Below, in pieces: positions 40,769-50,803 of a stretch of 64,000 nucleotides of DNA. This stretch comes from an uncultured Pseudomonadota bacterium (GTDB taxonomy: Bacteria > Pseudomonadota > Gammaproteobacteria > Ga0077536). The stretch covers positions 17,371 through 81,370 of the forward strand of contig CAIKBL010000026.1 of NCBI GenBank assembly GCA_903825645.1, written 5' to 3'. Positions within the stretch are counted from its first letter, which is position 1. Each line of letters opens with the position of its first letter. A model generated the notes under the pieces. That model saw only the letters and a program-made list of their open reading frames with translations, made no database searches and had not been told where the DNA came from. The translations under genes and the position numbers were made by a program.

Positions 40769-42058
40769 CTAAAGTCTCCAGTGAACGATTGCTGGCGGGC
40801 GCTCTGCCCGTTCCAGTTTAGCCTTGACGTCTATCACAACGCCTTTGCCCTCTTGTAGTCGAGCAGTAATCCCTGCCCACCCGGCCGCAAGATATTGTCG
40901 ATGAGGCACGGCAAGCACCACGGCATGAGCGGGCTTCAACGCCGCGTCGGCGAGGATTGAAATCCCGTACTCTTCTTCAGCATCCGGGGCATGGGCATAA
41001 GGATCATGCACCTGCACCTCTGCGCCGTAATCCTGCAGCTCTCGGATGATATCGATCACGCGCGTGTTGCGCAGATCCGGCACATCTTCTTTGAACGTCA
41101 AGCCCAGCACAGTGACCACTCCACCGTTCACCGGCAAGCCGGACTGAATCATGAGTTTCACGGTTTGATGGGCAATATATCGCCCCATGTCGTCATTGAT
41201 ACTGCGGCCCGCGAGAATCACTTCGGGAATGTACCCGACCATCTGGGCTTTATGAGTCAGGTAATAAGGATCTACGCCGATGCAGTGCCCACCGACAAGA
41301 CCCGGTTCAAATTTGAGAAAGTTCCACTTCGTGCCTGCCGCGGCGAGCACGTCACGGGTGTCGATCCCCATGCGCTGGAAGATAAGAGCGAGCTCATTCA
41401 TTAGCGCAATATTGAGATCTCGCTGCGTGTTTTCGATGACCTTCGCAGACTCCGCCACCTTGATGGTGGCTGCGCGATGGACTCCCGCCACCACCACACT
41501 CTCATAGACCTGGGCCACGATTTCCAGGATTTCAGGCGTTTGACCTGCGACCACCTTGGTTATTTTGGTGAACGTGTGCTCTTTGTCTCCGGGATTAATA
41601 CGTTCCGGCGAGTAGCCGACAAAAAAATCATGTCCGCATCTGAGCCCCGATACCCGCTCGAGGACCGGCACACAATCCTCTTCTGTCGCGCCTGGATAGA
41701 CGGTCGACTCATAGACGACGATGTCACCCGACTTGAGCACGCGCCCTACTGTTTCCGATGCCTTCAAGACCGGCGTCATATCCGGACGTTTGGCGTTATC
41801 AATCGGCGTCGGGACGGCCACGATGAAAAAATCGGCCCAGCCGAGATCCGCTGCATTGGCGGTGAACGTGATGTCGGAGGCCTCCAATTCGGCGCGCGTG
41901 ATCTCCAAGGTACTGTCGTGCCCCGCTGTGAGTTCGGTGATCCGATGGGCGTTGATGTCGAAGCCTAAGGTGCGCTCCTGCCGCCCGAACGCTACCGCCA
42001 CCGGAAGCCCGACATAACCCAGTCCGACAACTGCAATCTTGCGCTGATGTGTACTCAT
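40769..42058 (-). CDS. UDP-N-acetylhexosamine 6-dehydrogenase (WbpO/TviB/CapL-like)
   Basis: [36 protein letters not shown]. Start re-assigned to MSTHQRK (ATGA overlap). Confidence 0.88.
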   Translation of the reverse strand: MSTHQRKIAVVGLGYVGLPVAVAFGRQERTLGFDINAHRITELTAGHDSTLEITRAELEASDITFTANAADLGWADFFIVAVPTPIDNAKRPDMTPVLKASETVGRVLKSGDIVVYESTVYPGATEEDCVPVLERVSGLRCGHDFFVGYSPERINPGDKEHTFTKITKVVAGQTPEILEIVAQVYESVVVAGVHRAATIKVAESAKVIENTQRDLNIALMNELALIFQRMGIDTRDVLAAAGTKWNFLKFEPGLVGGHCIGVDPYYLTHKAQMVGYIPEVILAGRSINDDMGRYIAHQTVKLMIQSGLPVNGGVVTVLGLTFKEDVPDLRNTRVIDIIRELQDYGAEVQVHDPYAHAPDAEEEYGISILADAALKPAHAVVLAVPHRQYLAAGWAGITARLQEGKGVVIDVKAKLERAERPPAIVHWRL

Positions 42059-43068
42059 GAGATCCCGTAATAAGTCTTGTACCAATTGACAAAATTCGCG
42101 ATACCAACCGCGAGAGGCGTATTCGGTTGGTAACCAGTGTCCTCTACCAGTGCAGCCACGTCCGCATAGGTGTCCGGGACATCGCCAAGCTGCAGTGGGA
42201 GAAAATTCTTCTTCGCGGTCCGGCCTAGGCAAGACTCAAGCGTGCCGATGAAATCCATTAATTCAACCGGCGAATTATTACCAATGTTATACAGGCGATA
42301 CGGTGCCGCGCTGGTACCCGGATCCGGATCCTCTCCTCGCCAAGCGGGTGAAGGCGCAGCTACCCGGTCAATACAACGCATCACCCCTTCGACGATATCG
42401 TCAACGTAGGTAAAGTCCCGCCGATGGTGGCCGTAATTGAAAACATCTATCGGCTCCCCGGCAAGAATCTTGCGCGTAAACAAGAACAGCGACATATCGG
42501 GCCTGCCCCAGGGACCATACACCGTAAAAAACCGCAACCCCGTTGTCGGCAACCGATACAGATGGCTGTAAGTGTGCGCCATCAATTCGTTTGCCTTTTT
42601 GGTAGCTGCATAGAGGGATACCGGGTGATCGACGTTGTCATGAACCGAGAAGGGCATCTTGGTATTCGCCCCATACACCGAGCTCGTCGAGGCATAGACC
42701 AGATGTTCGACTGGTAATTGGCGGCAGGCCTCGATGATATTAAGGAACCCGACGATATTCGCGTCGAGATATGCATGCGGATTGGTCAGGGAATAGCGGA
42801 CCCCTGCCTGAGCCGCCAGATGCATCACGCGCTGCGGACGACACTTCTCAAAAAGGGCATCGACGGCGGCACGATCCACAATATCAATCCGGTGAAAATC
42901 AAAATTAGCCTCGGGCAGAAGTCGGGCGAGGCGCTTTTCCTTCAGGGTGACGTCGTAATAGTCGTTGAGATTATCAAGTCCGATGACTTGGTCACCCCGC
43001 GCGAGTAGGCGTTCACAGAGTCGCGCGCCGATGAATCCAGCGGCCCCGGTGACTAAAATTTTCATCAT
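42055..43068 (-). CDS. UDP-glucuronate 4-epimerase-like NAD-dependent epimerase
   Basis: [40 protein letters not shown]. Confidence 0.9.
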   Translation of the reverse strand: MMKILVTGAAGFIGARLCERLLARGDQVIGLDNLNDYYDVTLKEKRLARLLPEANFDFHRIDIVDRAAVDALFEKCRPQRVMHLAAQAGVRYSLTNPHAYLDANIVGFLNIIEACRQLPVEHLVYASTSSVYGANTKMPFSVHDNVDHPVSLYAATKKANELMAHTYSHLYRLPTTGLRFFTVYGPWGRPDMSLFLFTRKILAGEPIDVFNYGHHRRDFTYVDDIVEGVMRCIDRVAAPSPAWRGEDPDPGTSAAPYRLYNIGNNSPVELMDFIGTLESCLGRTAKKNFLPLQLGDVPDTYADVAALVEDTGYQPNTPLAVGIANFVNWYKTYYGIS

Positions 43069-43320
43069 TTCCTTTCAGTTAGGCGCAGCGGCGTGTCGGA
43101 TTTTTTGCGACAACAACCGATTTTAATAGCGTACGGGGTGGCTGCATTACGCTGACATGAAGACAACGGCGATGCAAAAAAAGGACCCCAGAGGCCGCCG
43201 ATTCTACAGCAATCTAGTGCCCCTAAGCTTATAGACGCCAGCGCCCGCTGTGCCGGGCGAGAACCGGAACACGGATTTTGGTAGACTTGGGGGAATTCAA
43301 ATCGATGAGGAGTGTGCCGC

Positions 43321-43719
43321 ATGGCCAGCCGATCAGGAATGACCCCCGAAAGCATGTCGGTCGATACCACTAATTTGTACCGAGAAGAAGTTTATTCGGA
43401 CCTGCGTGCCGCTTCCATCCGGGTGCTCACACCGGTGAAAGTGGATGGTAGCCCGGATCCTGAGCGTACCCGCCAGTTCATTGGAGATACGCAGCTGATG
43501 ACCCAAATGGGGCCCATTCCGGTCCAATTTGAATTGGCGGCAGAAAATCTTGAGGAGGCCTTCGCGCAATTCCCACAGGGTGTGCGCGAAGCGGTAGAGC
43601 GGCTCAGCGAGCGCGCACAAGACATGGCCCGCGAAGAAGCTTCGCGCATTGTGGTGCCTTCCAAGATGCCGGGTGGCGGTTCTGGTGGCGGACTTGCCGG
43701 AATTCCTAGGCTCCGCTGA
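43321..43719 (+). CDS. Conserved-looking hypothetical cytoplasmic protein upstream of ccmA
   Basis: GAGGAG 8 nt before the ATG; NLYREEVYSDL...LTPVKVDGSPDP...MGPIPVQFE...ASRIVVP. Confidence 0.75.
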   Translation: MASRSGMTPESMSVDTTNLYREEVYSDLRAASIRVLTPVKVDGSPDPERTRQFIGDTQLMTQMGPIPVQFELAAENLEEAFAQFPQGVREAVERLSERAQDMAREEASRIVVPSKMPGGGSGGGLAGIPRLR

Positions 43720-43747
43720 ACCTCCCTGCCGCTGGCTTCGGACCATC

Positions 43748-44431
43748 GTGGCGAATCGCGGCACTGATACGGAGCTAGGGGCGAATACCGCTCCCCTTGC
43801 GCCCCGCCTGGAAGTTCGGGGATTGGAATGCGTCCGCGCGGACAGCTTAGTGTTTAGCGCGCTGTCTTTCACGGTCCAAGGGGGGGAAATCCTGCAGATT
43901 CTGGGTGCGAACGGTAGCGGCAAAACGAGCCTGCTGCGGATCCTGAGCGGACTCAGTCAGCCTACCGAGGGAGAATTTTCGTGGCGCGGCAAGGGGACTG
44001 CCAAAGATCTCCAGGCCTGGCAGCGCGAACTACTCTATGTGGGCCATGTGGCTGGCGTCACGGCGACGTTGTCGGTATCGGAGAACCTTCGTTATGCGTT
44101 GGCCCTTTCTGGACGATGCGCGCGATTATCGCTGCCGGAGGCTATCGCGCGGGTAGGATTGCCTGGATATGCGGCGGTACTCGCCGGCCGACTCTCCGCC
44201 GGACAACGCCAACGGGTCGCGCTTGCGCGACTCCTGCTCATTCCTGCTGCGGTCTGGTTGCTTGACGAACCGTTGACTGCGCTCGATCCGAGCGGAAAAA
44301 TCCTGCTGGAAGCGATGTTGAGGCAGCATGCGCAGGTGGGCGGACTCGCACTGGTCGTCACCCATCAGACGCTCGACATCCCTGCCCCGTATCTGCGCTC
44401 GTTGCAACTCGTATCGCCCGAGCCCCTGTGA
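43748..44431 (+). CDS. ccmA: Heme ABC exporter ATPase CcmA
   Basis: GANGSGKT, LSAGQRQR, WLLDEP. GTG start inferred. Confidence 0.93.
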   Translation: MANRGTDTELGANTAPLAPRLEVRGLECVRADSLVFSALSFTVQGGEILQILGANGSGKTSLLRILSGLSQPTEGEFSWRGKGTAKDLQAWQRELLYVGHVAGVTATLSVSENLRYALALSGRCARLSLPEAIARVGLPGYAAVLAGRLSAGQRQRVALARLLLIPAAVWLLDEPLTALDPSGKILLEAMLRQHAQVGGLALVVTHQTLDIPAPYLRSLQLVSPEPL

Positions 44432-45093
44432 CGCCTGCACTCGCTATTCTTCGGCGTGAATGTCTGCGCCTCCTGCGCCGGAGTAGCCAACTGGTTCAGC
44501 CCCTCATTTTCTTCAGTCTGATCGCCATTTTGTTTCCTTTCGCGCTCGGCCAACAAACCGAGTTGCTGCGGCAGACCGGTCCTGCCGCCGTCTGGCTATC
44601 AGTCTTGTTGGCCACCACACTCAGTCTGGAAGATATCTTCCGCAGCGACTTTGAAGATGGGAGCCTTGAGCAATGCATCATCACGCTGGACGCGTTGCCG
44701 CTTGCTTGTGCAATGAAGTCGCTCGCCCATTGGCTGACATGCCTAGTGCCCCTGATTGGGATGGCGCTGCTCATGTCTTTTGTCTATGACCTGACGCCAG
44801 ACGCCCGACGTGCACTCATCTCTGCCCTCCTGCTGGGGACTCCCGTATTTAGTCTGGTCGGTACCGTAGCGAGTGCATTAACCGTCGGCGTGCGAGGAGG
44901 CGCGCTCCTTATGGCGCTCCTTATCCTGCCGTTGTACATTCCAGTCCTTATTTTTGGGGCCAGCGCGGTCCACCATGCCACGCTGGGCCTACCAACACTT
45001 GGGGAGCATTATTTCCTGGCCGGACTTGCGGTCCTCGCTGCCACGCTCGCACCGTTCGCGACGGCGGCCGGGTTGCGCGCGCGTTTAAGCTGA
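44428..45093 (+). CDS. ccmB: Heme exporter CcmB
   Basis: FEDGSLEQ, LILPLYIPVLIFG. Confidence 0.93.
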   Translation: MTPALAILRRECLRLLRRSSQLVQPLIFFSLIAILFPFALGQQTELLRQTGPAAVWLSVLLATTLSLEDIFRSDFEDGSLEQCIITLDALPLACAMKSLAHWLTCLVPLIGMALLMSFVYDLTPDARRALISALLLGTPVFSLVGTVASALTVGVRGGALLMALLILPLYIPVLIFGASAVHHATLGLPTLGEHYFLAGLAVLAATLAPFATAAGLRARLS

Positions 45094-45851
45094 TGTTCAA
45101 AACCCTGCATAAATATGCCTCGCCGATGCATTTCTTCGCGCTCGCCCGCGCGTTGACGCCGTGGCTATTCGGAATTTCGCTGGTGCTGTTCGGCGTTGGT
45201 CTTGTCTGGGGGCTGTTCCTCGCCCCGGCCGATTATCAACAAGGGGAGAGTTTTCGCATCATTTATGTCCATGTGCCCAGTGCGTGGCTATCCATGTTTG
45301 CCTACTTGGTGATGGCTGGTGGCGGCGCGTTGAGCCTTGTCTGGAAGATCAAACTGGGAGACGTCATTGCGCGCGCCGCGGCCCCCCTTGGGGCTTCGTT
45401 TACGGCCCTCGCCCTCGTGACCGGTGCGCTGTGGGGCAAACCGATGTGGGGCACTTGGTGGGTTTGGGACGCTCGGTTGACATCCGAGTTACTGCTTCTT
45501 TTCCTCTATCTAGGTTATCTGGCGTTACAGTCGGCGATAGAAGACCGGCGAGCAGCTGCGCGCGCGGGCGCGGTCCTGGCGGTCGTCGGGATCGTTAATA
45601 TCCCGATCATTCACTACTCGGTTGTCTGGTGGAGTACGCTGCATCAGCCCGCGACCATCACCAAAATGGGCGCGCCCACCATGGCGACTTCGATGCTGAT
45701 CCCACTACTCATCATGGCATTCGCATTTCAATTATTTTTTCTCGCCTTGCTACTCGTGCGTGCGCGCTGCGAAATTCTCGAATTCGAACAGCGTGCGCAG
45801 TGGGTCAAGACCTTGCTTGGCGCGAGCGATCAATCTAGGGGGACTCGATGA
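45093..45851 (+). CDS. ccmC: Heme exporter CcmC
   Basis: IYVHVP, WGKPMWGTWWVWDARLT, LHQ. Confidence 0.96.
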   Translation: MFKTLHKYASPMHFFALARALTPWLFGISLVLFGVGLVWGLFLAPADYQQGESFRIIYVHVPSAWLSMFAYLVMAGGGALSLVWKIKLGDVIARAAAPLGASFTALALVTGALWGKPMWGTWWVWDARLTSELLLLFLYLGYLALQSAIEDRRAAARAGAVLAVVGIVNIPIIHYSVVWWSTLHQPATITKMGAPTMATSMLIPLLIMAFAFQLFFLALLLVRARCEILEFEQRAQWVKTLLGASDQSRGTR

Positions 45852-46024
45852 TGGCATCGCTGAGAGATTTTTTGGTGATGGGGGGCTATGCCTCATTTGT
45901 CTGGCCGGCTTACGGGCTGGGCGTGCTGGTTTTGGGCTTGAATGGTGTCCTCGCGCTACGTCGCGAGCGGTATCTGCTACGCGAGATGGCTAAACGGAAC
46001 CTTCCCGGCTATCGCGTCGCATGA
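45848..46024 (+). CDS. ccmD: Heme exporter protein CcmD (58 aa, absent from ORF track)
   Basis: MMASLRDFLVMGGYASFVWPAYG...; ATGA overlaps with both ccmC and ccmE. Confidence 0.92.
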   Translation: MMASLRDFLVMGGYASFVWPAYGLGVLVLGLNGVLALRRERYLLREMAKRNLPGYRVA

Positions 46025-46464
46025 CACCGCGCCGCCGACGCATGTGGACGATAGGACTCTTGGTCTGTGGGATGGCGATCGCCACGGCACTGATTCTCAA
46101 AGCCTTTCAACAAAATTTAATGTACTTCTATAGTCCGGGCGATATCGCGGCTGGTAAGGCCCCGAGTAACCGCGATTTCCGCATCGGGGGCATGGTGGTC
46201 AAAGGAAGTGTCAAGCGCGATCAAAAGACGCTGGCAGTGCGTTTCACCCTGACCGATTATGCGCACGAAACCGTAGTCACCTACGACGGCATCCTCCCTG
46301 ATCTTTTCAGAGAGGGGCAGGGGATCGTCGCCAACGGACGTCTCAATCCGGCGGGTCTGTTTGTTGCCAGTGAGGTGCTTGCCAAACACGACGAGAAATA
46401 CATGCCACCTGAGATTGCCGCCAGCCTAAAGAAAAAACCCAGCAACCTGGACAACGCGCCATGA
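46021..46464 (+). CDS. ccmE: Heme chaperone CcmE
   Basis: LPDLFREGQG, LAKHDEKYMP (HxxxY). Confidence 0.96.
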   Translation: MTPRRRRMWTIGLLVCGMAIATALILKAFQQNLMYFYSPGDIAAGKAPSNRDFRIGGMVVKGSVKRDQKTLAVRFTLTDYAHETVVTYDGILPDLFREGQGIVANGRLNPAGLFVASEVLAKHDEKYMPPEIAASLKKKPSNLDNAP

Positions 46465-48428
46465 TCACCGAATATGGTCATTTTGCCCTTGCGCTCGCCC
46501 TCGCGCTCGCGATCCTACAAACCGTCGTCCCCCTGTTGGGCGTGGCGTGGCGGCGCGGCCTGTGGATGGATTTTGGCGGCGTCGCAGCCCGCTGGCAGTT
46601 CGGGTTATTGGTCTTCGCCTTTGGCGCCCTCGCCTACGCATTTCTTACCAACGATTTTGGCGTCACCTACGTTGCTCAGAATTCGAACTCTGAGTTACCC
46701 TGGTTCTATCGACTTTCCGCCGTCTGGGGCGCACACGAGGGTTCTCTGCTGCTGTGGGCGTTGATCCTGTCTGGTTGGGCAGCCGCCGTCAGCCGACGCA
46801 GTGAAACGCTGCCGCAGGACATCGCCGCCATTGTGATCGCGGTGATGGGGATGATCAGCATCGCATTCCTGCTGTTTCTGATCATGACCTCGAACCCCTT
46901 TCTCCGTGTCTGGCCTGCCCCGGCAGAAGGGGCTGATCTAAATCCCCTGCTGCAAGACATCGGTCTCATTGCCCATCCGCCTATCCTGTATATGGGCTAC
47001 GTCGGCTTTGCTGTGCCTTTCGCGTTTGCCATGGCGGCGCTCGTGCGTGGGCGGCTGACGCCCGCGTGGGCAAGTTGGGCTCGGCCCTGGACGGTCGCCG
47101 CTTGGTGTTTCCTGACCGTCGGGATAGCACTCGGGAGCTTCTGGGCCTATTACGAACTCGGCTGGGGTGGCTGGTGGTTCTGGGATCCGGTCGAGAATGC
47201 CTCCTTCATGCCGTGGCTACTGGGGACTGCGCTCATTCACTCGCTGGTAGTGAGCGAAAAACGTGGCACGTTCAAGAATTGGACCGTCCTACTGGCAATC
47301 GGAACCTTCGCGCTAAGCCTACTGGGCACTTTCCTCGTCCGCTCCGGGGTGCTGACCTCGGTCCATGCCTTTGCGACCGATCCGGAACGCGGCATTTTCG
47401 TCCTTGCTATCCTTGGCATCATTATCGGCGGTGCGCTTGCTCTGTACGCGTGGCGAGGCCCTCAGGCACTGGCCGGTAATCGCTACGAACTCGTCTCGCG
47501 CGAAAGTTTCTTACTGGCGAATACCCTGATCCTCAGCGTGGCGACGGTGACCGTCCTGCTGGGGACCCTCTATCCGCTCATCCTGGACGCGATGAAGCTG
47601 GGCAAGATTTCGGTCGGCCCCCCCTACTTTAATCTTGTGTTCTCGCTCGTCATGTCTCCGCTTGTGGTGTTGATGGGTCTTGGCCAATTTGCACGTTGGA
47701 AGGCCGATTCCCTGCGCCGCCTTTTAATCCAGCTCTCTTGGTTCGTGGGCGGCGCGCTCGTGATCGGCGTTGTCGTGACCGCCGAACTCATCCCCGGAAC
47801 CCGTTGGCGCGCCGCTGCTGGAATATTCTTGGCGTTGTGGGTTGCCTCCAGCACGCTCTCAGGGGTGTGGGCACGTGTTGCTCATCGGCAACACCTCGCC
47901 GCCGCTCTCGGTGCGCTCCCACGCAGTTTTGTCGGTCAATGTCTCGCCCATCTCGGTTTTGCCGTCACAATGGCGGGAGTGGCATTAACCAGTACACAGA
48001 GCCTAGATCTGCACACGCGACTCGCGCCCGGGGAAAAAGTCACGCTCGGCGCCTATCAAATTCGTTTTCTCTCCCTGCACGAAATGGATGAGACGAACTA
48101 CCACGCGAGTGAAGGTCTTTTTGCCATCGAGCAAGGAGATAAGCAACTCTCTGAAGTTCGACCGCAAAAGCGTTTCTACCGCGTACGCGGAATATCGACG
48201 ACTGAAGCCGGGATCGTGCCAGGTCTGTCCCGGGACTTCTACATTTCGCTCGGCGAGCCACTCGGCGATGGGGCATGGAGCGTCCGCCTGCATATCAAGG
48301 CGTTCGTCCGCTGGCTTTGGCTGGGGGCCTTGATGATGGCGGGTGGTGGCGTCCTTTCGATTCGGGAAAAACGGATCCTAAAAGTGGAGACAATGACCGC
48401 AGCCAACACACTAGGCTCCATCGGTTGA
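46461..48428 (+). CDS. ccmF: Heme lyase CcmF
   Basis: WGAHEGS, HPPILY, WGGWWFWDPVEN, SVHAF. Confidence 0.97.
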   Translation: MITEYGHFALALALALAILQTVVPLLGVAWRRGLWMDFGGVAARWQFGLLVFAFGALAYAFLTNDFGVTYVAQNSNSELPWFYRLSAVWGAHEGSLLLWALILSGWAAAVSRRSETLPQDIAAIVIAVMGMISIAFLLFLIMTSNPFLRVWPAPAEGADLNPLLQDIGLIAHPPILYMGYVGFAVPFAFAMAALVRGRLTPAWASWARPWTVAAWCFLTVGIALGSFWAYYELGWGGWWFWDPVENASFMPWLLGTALIHSLVVSEKRGTFKNWTVLLAIGTFALSLLGTFLVRSGVLTSVHAFATDPERGIFVLAILGIIIGGALALYAWRGPQALAGNRYELVSRESFLLANTLILSVATVTVLLGTLYPLILDAMKLGKISVGPPYFNLVFSLVMSPLVVLMGLGQFARWKADSLRRLLIQLSWFVGGALVIGVVVTAELIPGTRWRAAAGIFLALWVASSTLSGVWARVAHRQHLAAALGALPRSFVGQCLAHLGFAVTMAGVALTSTQSLDLHTRLAPGEKVTLGAYQIRFLSLHEMDETNYHASEGLFAIEQGDKQLSEVRPQKRFYRVRGISTTEAGIVPGLSRDFYISLGEPLGDGAWSVRLHIKAFVRWLWLGALMMAGGGVLSIREKRILKVETMTAANTLGSIG

Positions 48429-48441
48429 GGATGTCCCCACC

Positions 48442-48975
48442 ATGAAATACCTTGCCCCTGTCGCGATTTTCGGCGTGTTGCTCGTCGTCCTGTGGGTCGG
48501 CTTGAAGCTCGATCCACACTACGTGCCGTCACCGCTCATCGATCATCCCGCACCGGAATTTTCCCTGAGTGCGCTCGATGATGCTAACCACGTGCTGACC
48601 AAGACAAGCTTTCACGGGCGGCCTATCGTCCTGAATGTCTGGTCTTCTTGGTGCAGTGCCTGCCGCACCGAACATCCCTTGCTTGTGGCACTCTCGAGAG
48701 ATACTGCCATCGAGATCGTGGGGCTGAACTACAAGGACACACGCGAAGACGCTCAGCGGAATCTGGCGGATCATGGCAATCCATACCGGCAAAATATTTT
48801 TGACCCCGCGGGAAAATTGGGACTCGATCTCGGGGTCTATGGGGTGCCTGAGACCTTCGTCATCGATGCCGAGGGTGTCATACGACACAAGCAAGTCGGT
48901 CCCTTGACACCGGAAATCTGGCAACAAGAGATTGCACCGCTGCTCGCCAAACTGAAGGGGCGTCCAGGTGTGTAA
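48442..48975 (+). CDS. ccmG: Thiol:disulfide interchange protein CcmG/DsbE
   Basis: NVWSSWCSAC, GVYGVPETF. Confidence 0.93.
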   Translation: MKYLAPVAIFGVLLVVLWVGLKLDPHYVPSPLIDHPAPEFSLSALDDANHVLTKTSFHGRPIVLNVWSSWCSACRTEHPLLVALSRDTAIEIVGLNYKDTREDAQRNLADHGNPYRQNIFDPAGKLGLDLGVYGVPETFVIDAEGVIRHKQVGPLTPEIWQQEIAPLLAKLKGRPGV

Positions 48976-49453
48976 AGGAGCCCGTGGTTGGGCCGGGCTG
49001 CTGCTCTTGGTCGCAAGCCTAGCCTATGCAATCGACCGCCCACTCAATTTCGGCGATCCTGCCCAACAAGCGCGTTACGAGGCACTTCTGCATGAGCTGC
49101 GATGCCTCGTCTGCCAAAATCAAACGCTCGCCGATTCGGAGGCCGACTTGGCGCAGGATTTGCGCGGCGAGGTCTATCGGATGGTGAGCGCGCAGATGGA
49201 CGATCCCGCGATTATCGCCTTCATGGTCAAGCGCTACGGCGACTTTGTGCTCTATCGGCCACCCGTTCAAAGAACCACTGTCAGCTTGTGGTATGCGCCA
49301 GCGTTTCTTCTGGTGATCATGGTGCTCGTCTGGCGACGGGTACAGCAGGCCAGCGCCCTCGCGCTCCAAACGCCTCTGACTGCGCAAGAACAGGCGCGTC
49401 TGGCGTCGATTATGGCGTCCGGCACAGCTGCGTCCAAGACGCCTGAGGCCTAA
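48968..49453 (+). CDS. ccmH: Cytochrome c biogenesis protein CcmH
   Basis: LRCLVCQNQ, RYGDFVLYRPP. Confidence 0.93.
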   Translation: MCKGARGWAGLLLLVASLAYAIDRPLNFGDPAQQARYEALLHELRCLVCQNQTLADSEADLAQDLRGEVYRMVSAQMDDPAIIAFMVKRYGDFVLYRPPVQRTTVSLWYAPAFLLVIMVLVWRRVQQASALALQTPLTAQEQARLASIMASGTAASKTPEA

Positions 49454-49458
49454 TCCCG

Positions 49459-50646
49459 ATGATCTTCTGGACGGGCGCAGGTTTACTCCTTTTCGCGGTT
49501 CTTCTGCGCCTGTTATGGGCATCATTCCGGGGGCAACCGTCCTCCACTAGAGCCGGCGTAGCGCGCTATCAGTCGCAAACGTATGCCCTTTCGCAGGCGG
49601 CGACCAACGGCGAGATAGCCGACATTCACCTGGCCGGCTTGAAGACGGAGCTAGCGCGCGCCATCCTTGAAGACGCGGCGCGGGAGCCACCCGCGCCCGC
49701 GCCCGCTTCCCGCCTAGAACGTTATGTCTTGGGATTGCTGGTGCTCATCATCCTGCCCGCGACGGCCATTCCACTCTACTTGCATTTCGGCACGCCCAAT
49801 CTGCCTAACGCCAGCACGGCGGCGGCCCACCTTACACCAGAAGACATGATTGCGTTGCTACAGACCAAGATCGAGCGCGCGCCTCAAGATCCCGAGCCCC
49901 GGATGTGGCTTGCGCGGGTCTACATGGCCAATAGTCGTTATGCGGAGGCCGTGAAGGTCTTCGACACCCTCAACACACTGGCACCAAAGCAACCGGCGAT
50001 ACTCTTACAGTTCGCCGATGCGCTAGCGATGGCCCAGGGCGGCAGCTTGTCGGGTCGCGCCACCACGCTCATCCAACAGGCACTCGCCCTCGAGCCGACC
50101 AACATGACCGGCTTGTGGCTCGCCGGTGTCGCGGCCGACCAGTCGGGAAAACCACGCGAGGCGCTCGACTATTTGAGCAAAGCAAAGGCGGCGGCTGTCG
50201 GCACCGAGGCACCCACTGCGGAGCTTGACGCCCTCATCGCGGAAGTAGAGGCTCGCAGCGGCCTGAAAGCGCCAACACCGGTGGCGGTGGCGTCGACTAC
50301 GCCACAGGTCGAGATCTCTGTCTCCGCGGATCCGTCGTTGACTGCAGCGCTACCCGCAGACACCGCCGTATTCGTCTTAGCCAAAGCGGTCGATGGCCCG
50401 CCCATGCCCTTGGCAGTCAAGCGCTTGGCCTTGCGCGAACTACCCAAAAGGATAACCCTCGACGACAGCCTCGCGATGTCGCCGCAGCACACGCTAAGCT
50501 CTGCTAAAAACATCATCCTCATTGCACGGATTTCGCTGAGCGGCCAACCACTCGCCCGCCCTGGCGACATCGAGGGAAGAGCCGGACCCCTCAAACTCGA
50601 AGACGCACATTTAGTAAAGATACGGCTGGATACCGTCTTACAGTAA
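49459..50646 (+). CDS. ccmI: TPR cytochrome c biogenesis protein CcmI/CycH
   Basis: Two TMs, TPR region, C-terminal GPPMPLAVKR...ARISLSG. Confidence 0.88.
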   Translation: MIFWTGAGLLLFAVLLRLLWASFRGQPSSTRAGVARYQSQTYALSQAATNGEIADIHLAGLKTELARAILEDAAREPPAPAPASRLERYVLGLLVLIILPATAIPLYLHFGTPNLPNASTAAAHLTPEDMIALLQTKIERAPQDPEPRMWLARVYMANSRYAEAVKVFDTLNTLAPKQPAILLQFADALAMAQGGSLSGRATTLIQQALALEPTNMTGLWLAGVAADQSGKPREALDYLSKAKAAAVGTEAPTAELDALIAEVEARSGLKAPTPVAVASTTPQVEISVSADPSLTAALPADTAVFVLAKAVDGPPMPLAVKRLALRELPKRITLDDSLAMSPQHTLSSAKNIILIARISLSGQPLARPGDIEGRAGPLKLEDAHLVKIRLDTVLQ

Positions 50647-50803
50647 GGCTACCAAGTTATTTTGGGTACACGCCGTACGTACGCCTTAGTCAGCTGCCGA
50701 ACCGGACAACCCATCGTCTGCTCGGGCCATCCCTATCAGCAGCGATGCGGCAGGTGCAACGGCGCAGACTGGACAAGCTCTCCCCCACCGATGGCCCGTG
50801 GGA

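Noticed and set aside
43209-43221. Sigma54 promoter for the glycan cluster (GGCAC-TAGA-TTGC)
   Set aside because: Spacing is one base short of the strict -24/-12 requirement.
43069-43311. JUMPstart/ops element before the glycan cluster
   Set aside because: No GGCGGTAG-like motif seen.
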